Source of the DNA: Cenococcum geophilum
Lineage: Eukaryota
Length of the DNA: 64,000 bases
Direction of reading: 5' to 3'
Assembly: GCA_050273025.1 (NCBI GenBank)
Contig: CP158635.1
Span: 14,446,001-14,510,000 of the forward strand
Under the pieces are notes generated by a model. That model was not told where the DNA came from, did no database searches, and saw only the letters and a program-made list of their open reading frames with translations. The position numbers were made by a program, and so were the translations under genes. Numbering within the stretch: position 1 is the first letter of the stretch; each line of letters starts with the position of its first letter. This document shows, piece after piece, positions 36,105 through 48,689 of this stretch.

Positions 36105-39100
36105 GTTTCTCTACTACTACCAGCCGTTTACAGTACTTAAGTAGTCCACTTTTAAGGGACTATAGGCTAGAAACGTTCCTTGCCTTTTTATAGTACTTTT
36201 ATAGAGAAGGGGCCGTATAGTTTACCTGTAGTAGTTTATTAATAAGGTTTAGTTCTATAGAGTTAATAGGGTATATCTTGGCATCTAAAGAGTTTATATT
36301 TAGTTCTGCCCGTATTTAGGAGTTAAGGTGCTCTAGTTATAGTAGCGCTTAGGTCTATAATAAGATCTTTATAGCTGTCTAGTTATTTATATCCTATTTA
36401 CGCCTTATAAGAGCGTCCGCATAGTTAGTAGCGCCTAGCCTATATATAATTAGAAAGTTAAATTAAGATAGGGTGTCCGCTTAGCGCGCCTATTAGGCCG
36501 TAAGGGCCTTTATTATTATAAAATATTCTAAGGCCTTATAATTAGAAACTACCTAAATAGACTTAGGGGTGCCTTTTAATTAGGCTCGCTAGTGCTAAAA
36601 GCTAAAGATAATAGCCAGCATTTCTTTATCGTGAATTAGGTAGTTTAGCTTAATATCTACTATAGTCTTTAAATAGTAAGCAACAGGGTACTATTCTCTG
36701 TCTATTTACTTTTAGGAGTAAACGCTAGCTATAATACTATCTAAGGCATCGGTTTCTAGTATTAAGGGCCATTTTAGGTTAAAGTGGGCGAGTAAGGAAG
36801 TAGAGACTAGTTATTTCTTAGGCTTATTAAAGGCCTACCTATATGCGGTATTAAAGTAAAAGGGCCGGTTCTTATAGGTAAATAGGCTTAGTGGCCGGGT
36901 AATCCTGCTATAGTTCTTAATAAAGTGTTAGTAGAAGTTATAGAACCCTAAGAATAACTACACCCCCTTTACGGTCCTTAGGGGTACCTATTAGTTAATT
37001 ATAGCCGTCTTTTCTAGGTCTGCCTTAATTCCGTTTATACTAATAATAAACCCTAAGTACTTTATACGCTTAACACTAAATTCTAACTTTTTAATATTAG
37101 CTTAGAGGCTAGCTTTCTAAAGCTATTAGAGGACTTTATAGACATGCTCTTTATATTCTAGTTTATTTTTAGAGTAGATTATAATATTATCTAGGTATGC
37201 TATATAGAAGTTATTAAAGTAGTTAAATAGTATATTATTTATATATCGTTAGTATATAGCCAGTCCGTTAGTTAGTCTAAAAGGTAGTACTTTATATTTA
37301 TACGTTCCGTAACGGGTCTAAAATATAGTAAGGTTTTCTAATTTAGGGTCTATCCTAATTTAGTAAAAAGCTTAGCGGATATTAAGCTTTATAAAGATCT
37401 TAGCTCTACTTATTTAGGCTAAAGTCTTATTAAGTAAAGGTAGTAGGTAGCGGTCTTTAAGGGTTAAATTATTAAGCTTATAGTAGTTAATATAGAAACA
37501 AAGTCCTCTATTTAGCTTTTTAGTAAAGAAAATAGGTAAGTTAAAAGGGGCTTAACTAGGCTTAATAAAGCCCTTATCTAGGTTATTAATAAGATACTAC
37601 TTTATGGCCTATAATTTGACAGTAGATTGCTATCGGAGGGGGCTATAGCTAAGGGTAACCACCTTATCTAGCTTAATTTTAATCTTATAGTTATATAGTC
37701 GGTAAGGCGGGAGTATATTAAACGCTGCTTTAGAGAAGGTGTCTTTAAATTTCTAGTATTAACGGGGCAGTTTCTGTTCTACTAGCTCCTTATCTATAAA
37801 CTTGTCTTTCTCTTAGGCTAGGGCTTCTTTCTCTTTAATTATTTAATTAATTTTGTATAAGCTAGTTGTAAAGGTAATAGTATTAGGCTAAACTAGGTTC
37901 TAGTAGAATCCTATAGCGCTAATATAGTAGATATTAATTAGTGGGAGGTCTATAGGCTTCTTTACGGATATTTATTAGGCAGTATTTTACGGTATAGGGT
38001 TTATAGTCTTCCTTAGCTTACATTCTATTTTCCGTAAGTTGTCCTTCTAGTTTATTAGTTTAGTATATTATCTAATATCCCTAGCCTTCCTTTATAGCTG
38101 CGTAGGGCCTAGGTTCTCTATTAGGGACTTAGCTAGGCTACTACCAACTTCCTAAGTTTTTAATACGGGTAGTGTAATATAGGTAGTTTAGGGGCGGCGT
38201 AATATACGGATCTATTGCGGATTAAACTGTATATCCTTCTTAAAAGCCTAGTCCCTACGCGTTGTATTAGCCTAGTAAACGGTATCTATCTGCGGCTATA
38301 TAAGGTTTTCTATTATAATACTAATCTCTTTTATAAAGGAAGGCGTTAGGGGTATAGTTTTGGGCTAGATAAGCTGCCTATTCCGTATATTAAGCTATAA
38401 GCCTAAATAGGCTAGCCATTTTCTCCCTAAGATTATATTATAGCTTCTAAGGTCCGTAATAAGGAAGGGGATATTATACTACCTTCGTCCGTTAACGCGG
38501 AGGTAGATCTATAAGATAGTTATAATAGGTAGCCCTATCCGTCCGTTATAACCGCGAATAGGAATTAGTTTAGGCAGTTCTTTAAGGGGTATATTTAAAA
38601 AGTTAGCTAGTTTTATAGCGCACTTTATATTAATTAAGGTAAAGGTATTTACTCCTAAGTTAGCTAAAGTAAAGGTTAAAACTTAATATTTATTACGAAA
38701 TAAAGTATAAGGGATAGTGTAGCTTTTTCCACTAACTAGCTAACCCAGATTAATATATAACATATCAATCCCTTTTAACCCTAGAGAGGAGTCTTCCTCT
38801 AAGGTTCCTCTTTTTCTAGCTTTATATTATCCTCCTAAATTAATAGGACCTTATTTGTCTTTGCCTTTATTAGGTAGTTCCTTATAGGGTAGCCTATTTA
38901 ACCGTATAAAAAGCAAGCTCCTTAATTGCTAAGGGCCTATATATAGGCCGGGTGTATACTAGGCCCATAGTAGGGGTAGCTGCGCAGTTAGCTGCTAGGT
39001 TAACTATAAGGGTTGCTAATTATACTAGGGCACTATAGGCCGTACTTGTAGTGCTTATAGCCTAGTTTATAAGGTTTCTAGTTTTTAGCTAATTAGCGCG

Positions 39101-42100
39101 TGCCTTAATTTAATAAAGGCCTTGGTTAATAGCTAGGCAATAGTCTATAAGTTCTTTTAATGTCTATACTATAGTATAAGCTAGTAATACGGCCCGCTAT
39201 AGGTCTAGGGTAAGCTTATTAAAGAGGTTTAGTAGTAGGTCTTTTTAGGGGATCTAGGCCTATCTGGCTATATATAAAAAGCGGGTTTAGAAGGCCGAAA
39301 AGGTCTCCATTGTTTTTATATTTAGGCTTTTATAGCTAAGGCGGGCGTTTTATACTTTAAAAGGGTCTTTATAAATAGAAGATAAGTATTTAATTATTTC
39401 TTCTTTAGAGATAAAGGGGTCTATTAAGTCTTTAGTGTATTGCGGGCGTAAATGCGTCTAAGTATCTCCGCTAGTACGGCTAAAGATATAGGCTATTCTG
39501 GCTCGGGCGCTAGGGAAGTAGTCTATATTAACTTTAAGCTTATTCTATAATTAAAGCTTCTAATTATTAAATATAGGGTTAGCTCCATCTATAAGTAGTA
39601 AGGGGTCCGCGACCTTTACTAACTACTTCGGTACTATATAGGCCTTAGTAGATTTACTAAGGCGCTAGGATAGGGCCTAAAGGACTATAGTAAGTCTTTA
39701 GTTGTCTAATAATAACTCATTATTAAATATAGGGGTATCTCTGGCTTTAAGCAGCTCTCGCAGTTATTTAATTTTGGTATTAGTAGCCGTAAGCTCCGCC
39801 TAGGGGGTTAAAACGTTAATTATTTCTTCGTCTGAAGTATTTGAGGGTCCTATAGCTACTTTACCTGCTACTGTGGTTCATGGCATAGTGGTAGGGGTAT
39901 TAGGTAATTTTAGGTAATTTCCTTAGGGGTTTTGGTCTGTGTGTGTCTTATAGGTCCTTTCCTTAAGGTTTTATTCTTTTCTTTTAGGTCCTATCCTTAT
40001 AGTCCTAGTAATATCTTAGGGTCCTATTCTATGTTCTTGTCCTATTTATAATCTTGTAGATATATTTAAGTTCTATTTTAGGGGGAAAGAGTAAAGAGAG
40101 CTTTAGATAATATTAGCGACTTAGTTAATTAAGGTATAGGCACGGCAAAGGGGACGCGCAAGCCTATACGATTGGATTGTTTATAAACGAGAATCTAAAG
40201 CTAGGAAAAGGAAAGGAGAAGAAGAGTAGCGCCGTTTGATATTTTATAAGATCTTTACGTTACATAACCGTAATATACGGCAATCTGTGGCAACTTGCTG
40301 GTGGTAGTTCTGCTAAGTTTTACCAGTGCTATAACAATAGGGTAAGTTCCTATTAAATAATTAAAAAGTAGTAAGTACCTAAATTACCTCCATTCCGTGC
40401 CGTATATTAAAGCTAGGCCTATTTTATAGGCCTAGAGTTTTTACTTTAATATTATCCATCTTCTGATAATGTTATATATAATATATTTACCACTAAAAAA
40501 GGCTTAATTGGTTACTTTAAGTCTATTTCTAGCCTTAAAAAACTGCCCTAGGAGGCCTATTTATACTATATATTATACCAATTTCTTTACTAACTATATT
40601 TAGTTTAAAATCGTTTTAAAGGTTTAAGGCTAGCTATTATACGGCCAAACTACTTTCCTTAGTTCTTTAAAATTAGGGCATTTAATTAAGACGTGTTATC
40701 TTATCTATTTATTCCTATATATACACCTTAAGTTAGGCATATATTTAATCCTATAAAGGTAGCTTTTAAGGGCTACCTTACCTATATAGATCTGTATAAG
40801 AGTAGCAAAGAAAGCCTTTAGTAAACCTCTATATATCCTTAGTCTCTGCTTTAAGATCTTTAGTACTAATCTATATAGTTCTATTCTAGTTTCTCCTATC
40901 TTTTACTTATTTACCTAGTAGGCTTTTAATCTTGCCTTTATTATTCTCTTTAATGCAAATAATAGGCTTTAAAGTAATAAGAAAGTAGGGACTTTTAGTC
41001 CTTTCTCTCCTTCTCCTTCTCTCTACCCTATTGCCATTTTTACTAAAATATCCGCTTATTTATTTCTATTAATATCCATATATAACGGGACCTAGTATAT
41101 TACTACCTATATACTTAGTATTTACATAGCTTATACCCTTTTACGTACTTTATAGACTAGGTACTAACATAAGTAGTTCTATAGTTTAGCTACTGCTTAT
41201 ATTACTACTTAATTATCTATAGATATTATTAATCTTCTAATTATTAGTAAGTGCTTAAGTACTAAGTTAAGGGCTAGCTATAGCCCTCTTAGCTCCTTTG
41301 TATATACTATACTAACCTAGTTTATTCCTGTATAGTTAGCTACTTTAGCTTCTCGTTCTAGAATGCATACCCAGGCTCTTACCTCTCTATTAATTTTACT
41401 ACCATCTATATATACTAGTACGTATCCTAGGTTATTCCTAGCTTTTTATATAATATAGTTATATCCTAGCTTGCCTACTTTTATTCCTCTAGTAATATAG
41501 ATCTTTAGTAGCTTGGTTTATAGATAGATAATTTCTAAGTAAATTACTTCTATAAGAGGTATCCCTTCCTTAAGACGGAGCGCTACTTTATTCTCTAATT
41601 TTTAAAGAGGGCTATACCACTTAAACTTTAATAGGGCGGATCTCCGCAGTTATTAAATCTTATAATATAGCGGCGACCTCCTAGTTTAATTTAGAGAGGA
41701 CTTAACCGCCTAGTAAAGCGATGTTTTAATTAGTGGGATATATATCTCTACTTTTAGTTCCGTCTTAGCGGTAGTTTTAAAAGTTCCTATTATAAGATAG
41801 AGTACTTTATACTAAATTTATAATGGAACCTAGTAAATACTTTTTACTCTATTAATAAAACCGCGCCCCTTTTCCGGTATATACTAGTATAAAGCTGCTA
41901 AAGTATATATAGCATAACTATAGCTATATAGAGTTGGCGCATATATCTAGTTGTAATACCCTATATAGATTCTATAATACCTAAAAGACATATAAGTTAG
42001 CTTATAGATCTTTCCACTAAATAGCCTAAGTACACTTTCCCTATTAGCTTATTATTTAGTATAATACTAAGGTATCTAGCTTTTATTATTAGTTATACTC

Positions 42101-42155
42101 TTTAAGTCCTTCTATCCTTTAGTATAAGCACTAAAGGATATTTATATTCCCCTTC

Positions 42156-45100
42156 TGTTATAGAACGGAGGCAGTAGCTACAGAGTGTATGTATTTAAGG
42201 AGTCTATAAGACGTTACGCGATTAATCGTAAGGGTTAAGGGCGTAAGGAGGTAATATACCTACGCGTAGCTAATATAAGCTGTATATAGGGTGTATGTAA
42301 AAGCACGGGGTTCTCCTATAGAGGCCCCTGCGGTAGGGTTCTGTAATACTACCCCCCCTCCTATAAAGGCGGAGCTCCGGCGACCCTATAGTTACTATAT
42401 ATATATAAAAGGGACACTTAAGGTATAGAAAAGAAGAAAAGGGGGGTATTACTAAAGGCTTAAAATAACGTTATATAATAAGGCTTGGCATCTAAGAATC
42501 CAACTAATTAAATAACTTTAACCGCCAGTTAAAGTTCCTGGATATCTTAACGATATTCCGGTTACGTAATTACACTTTACCGCAATTTAACGACAATTTA
42601 ACGGCAATTTGCCCTTACGTGGTAATATATAACGGTTTAACTCTATAAGGGCTCCTATAGAGGATTAGGTATGAAATCTTTGCTTAGGCCTAGTTTCTAT
42701 AGGTTTACGTAGTAAAAGTTGCTAATAAGAACCTTTGTATTTTTAAAGTCTTTCTATAGTTACTATTCTGGCTAATTTATATTAAATCCTGTGTATATAG
42801 CTCTGAGTAGAGTTATTATCCTCTACCTTTACTAAAGTATTTAGAGTTAATAATTTATTTAATGGTCCACTTCTTATAGTTCTTATCTTTATTCTCGTCT
42901 TAGATTAGTACTAGTAGGGGTTTAAGCTATATCTGCCCTAGTAAGGAGTTGGGCTAATAAAGGTATAGTAGCTATGGGTAAAATATAGGCTATATCCCAT
43001 GGGTAGCTAGGGTAAGTAGGAGTTCTAGCTTATATATAGCTCCCCTATTAATAACTCGTTTAATTAAATAGGGGCTAAGGTTCTTATAATTAAGTAACTT
43101 TATAGGCCTCTGTATAGAGATATTATATATATTTAGCTATACCTAGTCGCTAACACGTATCTCTAGTAGTGGCGTTCTATAATAGTCGGCAAAGTAGGCC
43201 TACTTTACTTAAGCCTAGGCCATTTCTCCCTTATAGTAGTTAAGTAGATTTTTTATACGGTTTATATGCTAGTTAGCAAGTAGCATCTTAAGGCGTTTTT
43301 TATATAGTAGTTTTTTATTAATAGGTTCTGGTGGCTCTATACCTAATTAGGGGTAATAACCCTTATTTACAAAGAACGGGGTAAGTCCTATAATAGTTAA
43401 GACGTAGTTATTTGCTATAAATTTACCTAGTAGGAGGTAATCTACCCAGTTATCTTAACTATAGGCGACTACCTATTATATGTACGCTTTTATACTAGCA
43501 TTAGCGTTTTCCGGTTACCTAGTAGTTTTATAGTAGAAAGATATAGACATCTTAATAAAGATGCTAAGGCGTTAGTAGATTTGTCTCTATATATTAGAGT
43601 TAAATTATATACCTTAGTTAGATATAATTAAGTTAGGTAACCTATATAGTTAATAGACTTTATAAAGAAAGGCATTAGTAATATCGCTAACGGCTACGCC
43701 TTTAGTTAGGACGTAGTGGCGCTCTTTTATAAGTCGGTATATTATTATAAGGATGTTCTTATAGGTACGGCCATATTATTTATAGGGTAGTAGGTTAATA
43801 ATGAAATCTATAGCAATATCTGCCTATTATTATATAGGTACTAGTAAAGGGTACAGTAGTCCTTAGTACTTTATATTAAAGGCCTTAGCGCGCTTATAAC
43901 TATAGTAGGCGCCTATAAAGCGTTTAACTAAGTCTATTATTTTTTAGCTAGAAGTAGTATCGGCTAAGGAGCTTATAGATTTTTTCTCTGCCTACGTAGC
44001 CGCTTAATTAGAGGTTATAAGCTATTTAGATTAGTTACCGTTATAGATTTTCTAAGTTGGGGATAAATAGGCGGCCTCTATAATAGAGCCTGTTTTCTTT
44101 TACTTCTAAGGCTGCTATATTAATCTAGCCTAAGCTTTAAAGGTTAGTAGGTAGTATATAGGCGCTAGCGGTCTTTACGGCGATAAGTTAATATAGTAAT
44201 AAGTTAACAGAGGTGTTATATACCGTAGTAATAAGCTTATTAATTTTAGGAGGTAACTTTAGTTCTGTAGTATAAAGCTAAGGTATAGTTAGCTCTATTG
44301 TAGGTAGTATACCTAGGGCTAAATTTTATGCTTTTAGGATTGTCTGTTATTGGAACTAATTATAGGGGTTATTTTTAGACTAAGGAAGGTCTTATAAGCG
44401 GCGTATTAGGCTATTAGGTTTAGTACCTTATACTCTTAGTCTATATATAATTTTAAAGTTAAAACTAGAGAGGAACTCGTTTTAATATACCTGATATTAG
44501 TTTAGCTGCTTTATAGTTATAAAGTACTTAAGGTTACGATGGTCCGTAAGAACTTTAGTTAGCTAGCTAGGCTCTATTAAGAAGAGTTCTGGTTAGAATT
44601 CTTTAAACGCTTATATAATTATAAGGAGTTCTTTATTATAGATCTTATAGTTATACTTTTATAGTATAAGCTTAGATAAGTAGAATATAACTAGGTAAAG
44701 GAGACTGTTATTACCTATTTAGGAGAGGACGCCTACGTTAATATGGTCTAAGGAGTCGGTTTTAAGATAGAGTTATTATCCTAGTGTAAAGTAAGCTAGA
44801 ATAGGTGCTTTAGTAAAGACATTTTTAAGGTCTTAGAACGCCTTCTTATATTTAGGCGTCTAGGTAAAGTATAGATACGTTTTTCTTTCTTTTACAGAAA
44901 GGCCTTTTATTCGCATTATTACTATAAGTAGTACTATTACACTTAAGAAGTTAAATATAAATTTCTAATAGAAGTTAGTAAAACTAAAGAAGGCTTATAT
45001 ATCCTTAATGCAGTTAATGTTAGGTGACGAAGTCACCTCGCCTATATATATTGTTCCGCACAGCTGTGTCTGGCATTAAGCCAGTTACTTGCTTACCTTT

Positions 45101-48100
45101 TGGTTTATATGGCTGAGTGGTGCGGAGCTTATCACCTCACAGTTAAGGGCTTACTATTTAGTAATTATACGTACTTTTTTGGGGTCTATATAGATACCCT
45201 TAGTAGTAATAATTAGTTTAAAGTATTTTACTTCTATAACTAAGATTTTATATTTCTTTAAATTAATATAAAATCCTATGTCCTTAAGGCGCTATAAGAC
45301 CTTTTAAATGTGTTTAGTATACTTAAAAGGATTATTGTTATAAATAAGTATATCGTCTAGGTACGTAGAGTAGAAGTTATTAAGGTAGTCCTATAAGGCG
45401 TTATTAATATAGCTTTAAAAGGTGTTTAGGCCGTTATATACGCTAAAGGGTATAACGGTATATTTAAACTAGCTAAAGCGTAATGCAAATACGGTTTTCT
45501 ATTTATTACCTTTCTATATTTAAAGATAGTTAAAGGCGGCGATAATATTAAGCTTAGTATAGATTTTAGCTTAACTAAGCCGCTTAAGGGTCTTACGTAT
45601 AAGCAGTACTAGGTATTAGTTTTTAATTATAATAGCGTTAAGTCCTCTATAGTTAATATAAAATTAAATACCTCTTTTTAGTTTTTTAGTAAGAAGGATA
45701 GGGGCGGCTATTAGTAATATACTAGGACGAATAAATCCTTTATTAAGGTACTTATTAATAAACTTTTTTATAACTAGAAGTTTATTTTTTAATATTAGGT
45801 AGGGTCTCTTATAAAGTAGCATTTTTCCTTATTTAATATTAATAGTATAGTTATTAGGTTAATATAGGGGGAGTATATCTACGCCCTTTTGTAAGCATAT
45901 ATTAGTAAAGTTATAGTACCTCTTAGGGAGGAGCTTACGGAGTTCTTTATTAGTAAGTCCTTTTTTAAGCTTTATAAACTTCTTAAAGTCTAAAGGTAAA
46001 AGTCCGTAAAGTTCTATAGAGGCGTTATCTTCTAAAAGGTTAACTATATCTATTCTATTACTATAAAGGACATAGTCCTATTCTTTATTAAGCTTATATA
46101 ATTATAATTAGAAAGCTGCAGTAACGGTTTAGCCTTTTCTATATACTATACGGTAAAAGGCTAGGGCACTTATATAGTGGTAGTTAGTTATAGGTAGAGT
46201 AATAAGGGGTTCCGTAGATTAATATCCTAGGGAGTAAATAGAGGCGGCTAGGCTATACCCTAGGTAAGTCTCTCTGTAGTATTTAGAGTTAAAGGTTACT
46301 TCTCTCTTCTTCTAATTAATAGTAGGATTGTATTATTTAAGCTAGTTTATTTTAAGAATAATAGGGTAATTAGTAAGTGGTATAATATAGGCCTAAAGTT
46401 CTTCCTGGTGTCTATTTATATCTAAGTAGAGTTATACTATATAGGTAATCTTCTATATAATATAACTACCATTAGCAAGTTATAGGGCTCGGGCTTTAGT
46501 AAGGGGTAAGGTAGGTAGGTTATAAGTATATATAAATTAGGTATCTATAAATTTATTAGTAGCTTTATAATTAATTATAGAACGGCTTTTATATTATTTT
46601 TTGGCAGTAGTTCCTATTATAGGTAAAACTATCTATTTCCGTCTATTTATCTTTACTAAGTTATTTATTAAGTAAGCCGATATATAGATCCCTCTATTAT
46701 TAAGGCGTCCTAACCCACAACTTAGAGCTAGGACTTAGTATTTTCCGCTTTTATATCTAACTCTACCGCTATTACTACGTCTTTGTCTTATATAGTAGTA
46801 ATATATAGTAATATATTTAGTGTTTAGGGTATTAGGCTAGGTATTAAGCGACAGCTACTAAACCTAGCTATTAGGTAGTTTAGGTTATTGTAATAGTAGC
46901 CTTTTTAATAGCATTTATAGTAGCGTCCTAGTTTCTAAAGTAGCTTACGCTTTCTATCTAGGAGTTTTTATAGAAAGGTTAGTATAGAGAACTCGATATT
47001 AGCTCTGGTAGCACTTAAGGTAGTAGGCGTTAGTAACTTAGTATATATAGGTTTAGTAAGCCTAGAAGGCTTCTATAAAAAGGTCTTTAAATAAGGGTTA
47101 GTAGTAGTAATCTAATTTAGTTATCGTTCGATCTTCTATAGAGCTACTACTATATTATAAACATCGTTATAGTTATAGCTGGCGGCTGCGTAACTAAGGC
47201 AATAAGTAACTTTTTTAAGGAGGTTCTCCTAGTCTTTAGTATCGTCTTAGGCGAGGGCTTTAGTATATTTCTAGAATTTAACATAGAATTTATTAAATAA
47301 TTTAGTAGGGTTTATCTTTAGGGTATATAGTTTAGCTTAGCTAGTAGCTAATAGGTTATAGTTATAGTATATTAGGTTAAGATCGTTAAGAATTTCCTAG
47401 TAGGACTTCTACTTTTAGGGGCTATTAGTCTCCTATTAGGTGAAGAGTCTATTAAATAGTATACCCTTTATTTACCCAATAATGTAACTAATCTTAGTAT
47501 CTTCTATAGAAAAAAGGCAGGTACTTTAGGTTAGTTTTTTATGGATTTGCATCTTCTAGTAGCTATATTCCTTACGGTCTCCCTAAAAGACTAGGGTATT
47601 AGGGTAACGTGCATTAAACCCTACAGTAGCAGCTTAGGTTTAATTATTATGGCTTTTATTATTACTGCTTTAGTAGGGGTTCCTATTAGGTAAAGCTGCT
47701 TAGCGCTAACCCTCTATTAAGTATTAAGTAGGTAAAGTTGCTAGGGGCGTAGAGACTTAGGTGGCATTATATATAGTAAAGAGGTGTCTAGCATTATTAC
47801 AAATATGCTTATTAAGCTAAGATTATAGGTATTTAATTATGCCGTCTTTTTTAGTAACCGTAGCAATAAGTATAATCTTAGCTTTCTTTAACCGTTAGAT
47901 GTCGCATTTAGATACGCGGAGGTCGTCTTTAGTTTTTTAGCGTGTATTATTAGCGAGCGCCTTATAAGCTTATAGGTCTTAGATAATATCGCGATCTTAA
48001 GTAGTACGCATTTTAGCTTATATAAGCTTTAGGTGGTAGTTCTATAAAAGGCGGTAGTATTTATTGGGTTCTTATGCTACCTTTTTTACAAATATCTTAG

Positions 48101-48689
48101 TATCTTATATTTTAATTTTAATAGGTAGTGGCTCTTCCTCTTACTTTTATCCGTAGTTATATAGTTAATAAAGAATAAAACATTATTAATGTCTACCTTA
48201 TTAAGGTTATTATAATCTTTTAAGCCACTAGGCTTCCCTTTAGGGGTTAAAGCTAGGGCTAATAAGTTAAATTCTCCTAGGGTTAATTGGCGGCGTAGGT
48301 TAAGTATAGGTATTAAATTGTTCTTTAAGTTTAATATAATAGCTAGTAAGGAATATTATCTTACTATTGTGGGTTCCTTAGAAGTATAGAGTAGGGTAAC
48401 TTATAGACACGCTGCTTCTAGCAGCGCCTACGGTATTATAAAGATATAGAATTGGTCGTAGGCTAAGTATTAGTAGTAAAAAAAGGCGCAACGTAATGTT
48501 ATAGGACGGGGGCAGTGGCTATAGAGCGTATGTATTCGAGGAGTCTATAAGACGTTACGCGATCGATCGTAAGGGTCAAGGGCGTAAGGAGGTGATATAC
48601 CTACGCGTAGCTGACATAAGCTATACGCGGGGTGTACGCGAGAGCACGGGGTTCTCCTATGGAGGCCCTTGCGGTGGGGTTCCGTAATA
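42156..48689 (-). mobile_element. Gypsy F, full length, distinct family
   Basis: 193-bp LTRs at 42156-42348 and 48497-48689; TSD CCTTC; PPT ~42352; RT YLDDI ~45364-45350; RNase H and integrase motifs. Confidence 0.94.
45018..45141. mobile_element. Solo LTR, 124 bp, inside Gypsy F pol
   Basis: TGTTAGGTGA...TCACCTCACA termini; TSD GTTAA at 45013-45017 and 45142-45146. Confidence 0.85.

Larger units (their letters stand above)
5634..40336 (-). mobile_element. Gypsy/chromovirus A, full length, with two nested insertions (22.75 kb element in the 3' LTR; Copia B in pol)
   Basis: TSD ATAGG at 5629-5633 and 40337-40341. 5' LTR 40111-40336; 3' LTR split into 5634-5645 and 28399-28613. PPT ~28617-28628, gag ATG ~39886, RT AYLDDII ~37200-37180, RNase H ETDA ~36755, integrase and chromodomain ~30000-28850. 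Confidence 0.93.
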
